From Betaproteobacteria bacterium (GTDB taxonomy: Bacteria; Pseudomonadota; Gammaproteobacteria; Burkholderiales; JACQAP01), in contig JANNTE010000127.1 in NCBI GenBank assembly GCA_031403365.1, forward strand, positions 1 to 38,542: a stretch of 38,542 bases of DNA. Reading direction: 5' to 3'. The position numbers and the translations under genes were made by a program. Position 1 is the stretch's first letter; each line of letters begins with the position of its first letter. The notes under the pieces are model-generated. The model was not told the origin of the DNA and made no database searches. It saw only the letters and a list, made by a program, of their open reading frames with translations. Of this stretch, positions 38,302-38,542 are shown one piece after another.

Positions 38302-38542
38302 ATGCAAATCAGGATTCTCGGTTGCAGCGGGGGCATTGGTGGAAATTTGCGCACGACCTCCATGCTGCTTGACAGCGATGTGCTGGTCGATGCAGGCACC
38401 GGCGTCGGTGATCTTGGCATAGACGAGCTGCTCAGGATAGATCACGTGTTTCTGACACATTCCCACCTTGATCACATTACCTCGCTGCCGTTTCTGGTGG
38501 ATACGGTGGGCCCGATGCGGGACGCGCACCTGACAGTTCATT
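38302..38542 (+). CDS. Metallo-beta-lactamase-fold 3',5'-cyclic-nucleotide phosphodiesterase (class II-like); runs off the right edge
   Basis: Hand translation: MQIRILGCSGGIGGNLRTTSMLLDSDVLVDAGTGVGDLGIDELLRIDHVFLTHSHLDHITSLPFLVD. Has the THxHxDH motif, starts 2 nt after the cyclase stop, and is absent from the ORF track. Confidence 0.85.
   Translation, partial: MQIRILGCSGGIGGNLRTTSMLLDSDVLVDAGTGVGDLGIDELLRIDHVFLTHSHLDHITSLPFLVDTVGPMRDAHLTVH

Overview
GC-rich bacterial chromosomal segment. The gene set (argH, algZ/fimS-algR-hemCDXY-ppc) suggests a betaproteobacterium, which is an inference. Left to right: (1) an exported arylsulfatase-fold protein, cut by the left edge and missing from the ORF track, with a visibly degenerate active site; (2) a divergent five-gene MoxR AAA+/DUF58/vWA membrane-complex operon; (3) a minus-strand run of RND efflux adaptor and transporter, a Rid-family protein, a frameshifted PhzF-family gene with a structured leader, and pirin; (4) an alpha/beta hydrolase and a Fur-box-preceded feoAB plus Cys-rich small gene; (5) an orphan ABC substrate-binding protein, a 3x24-bp tandem repeat and argH; (6) algZ/fimS-algR-hemC-hemD-hemX-hemY-ppc; (7) a signalling cassette of CHASE2-TPR-Ser/Thr kinase, PP2C phosphatase, FHA protein, CHASE2 adenylate cyclase and an MBL-fold cyclic-nucleotide phosphodiesterase cut by the right edge. 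The best candidates for an under-described system are cassette (7) and the MoxR-vWA operon with its divergent pseudo-sulfatase. No mobile element, CRISPR array, tRNA or rRNA was seen.
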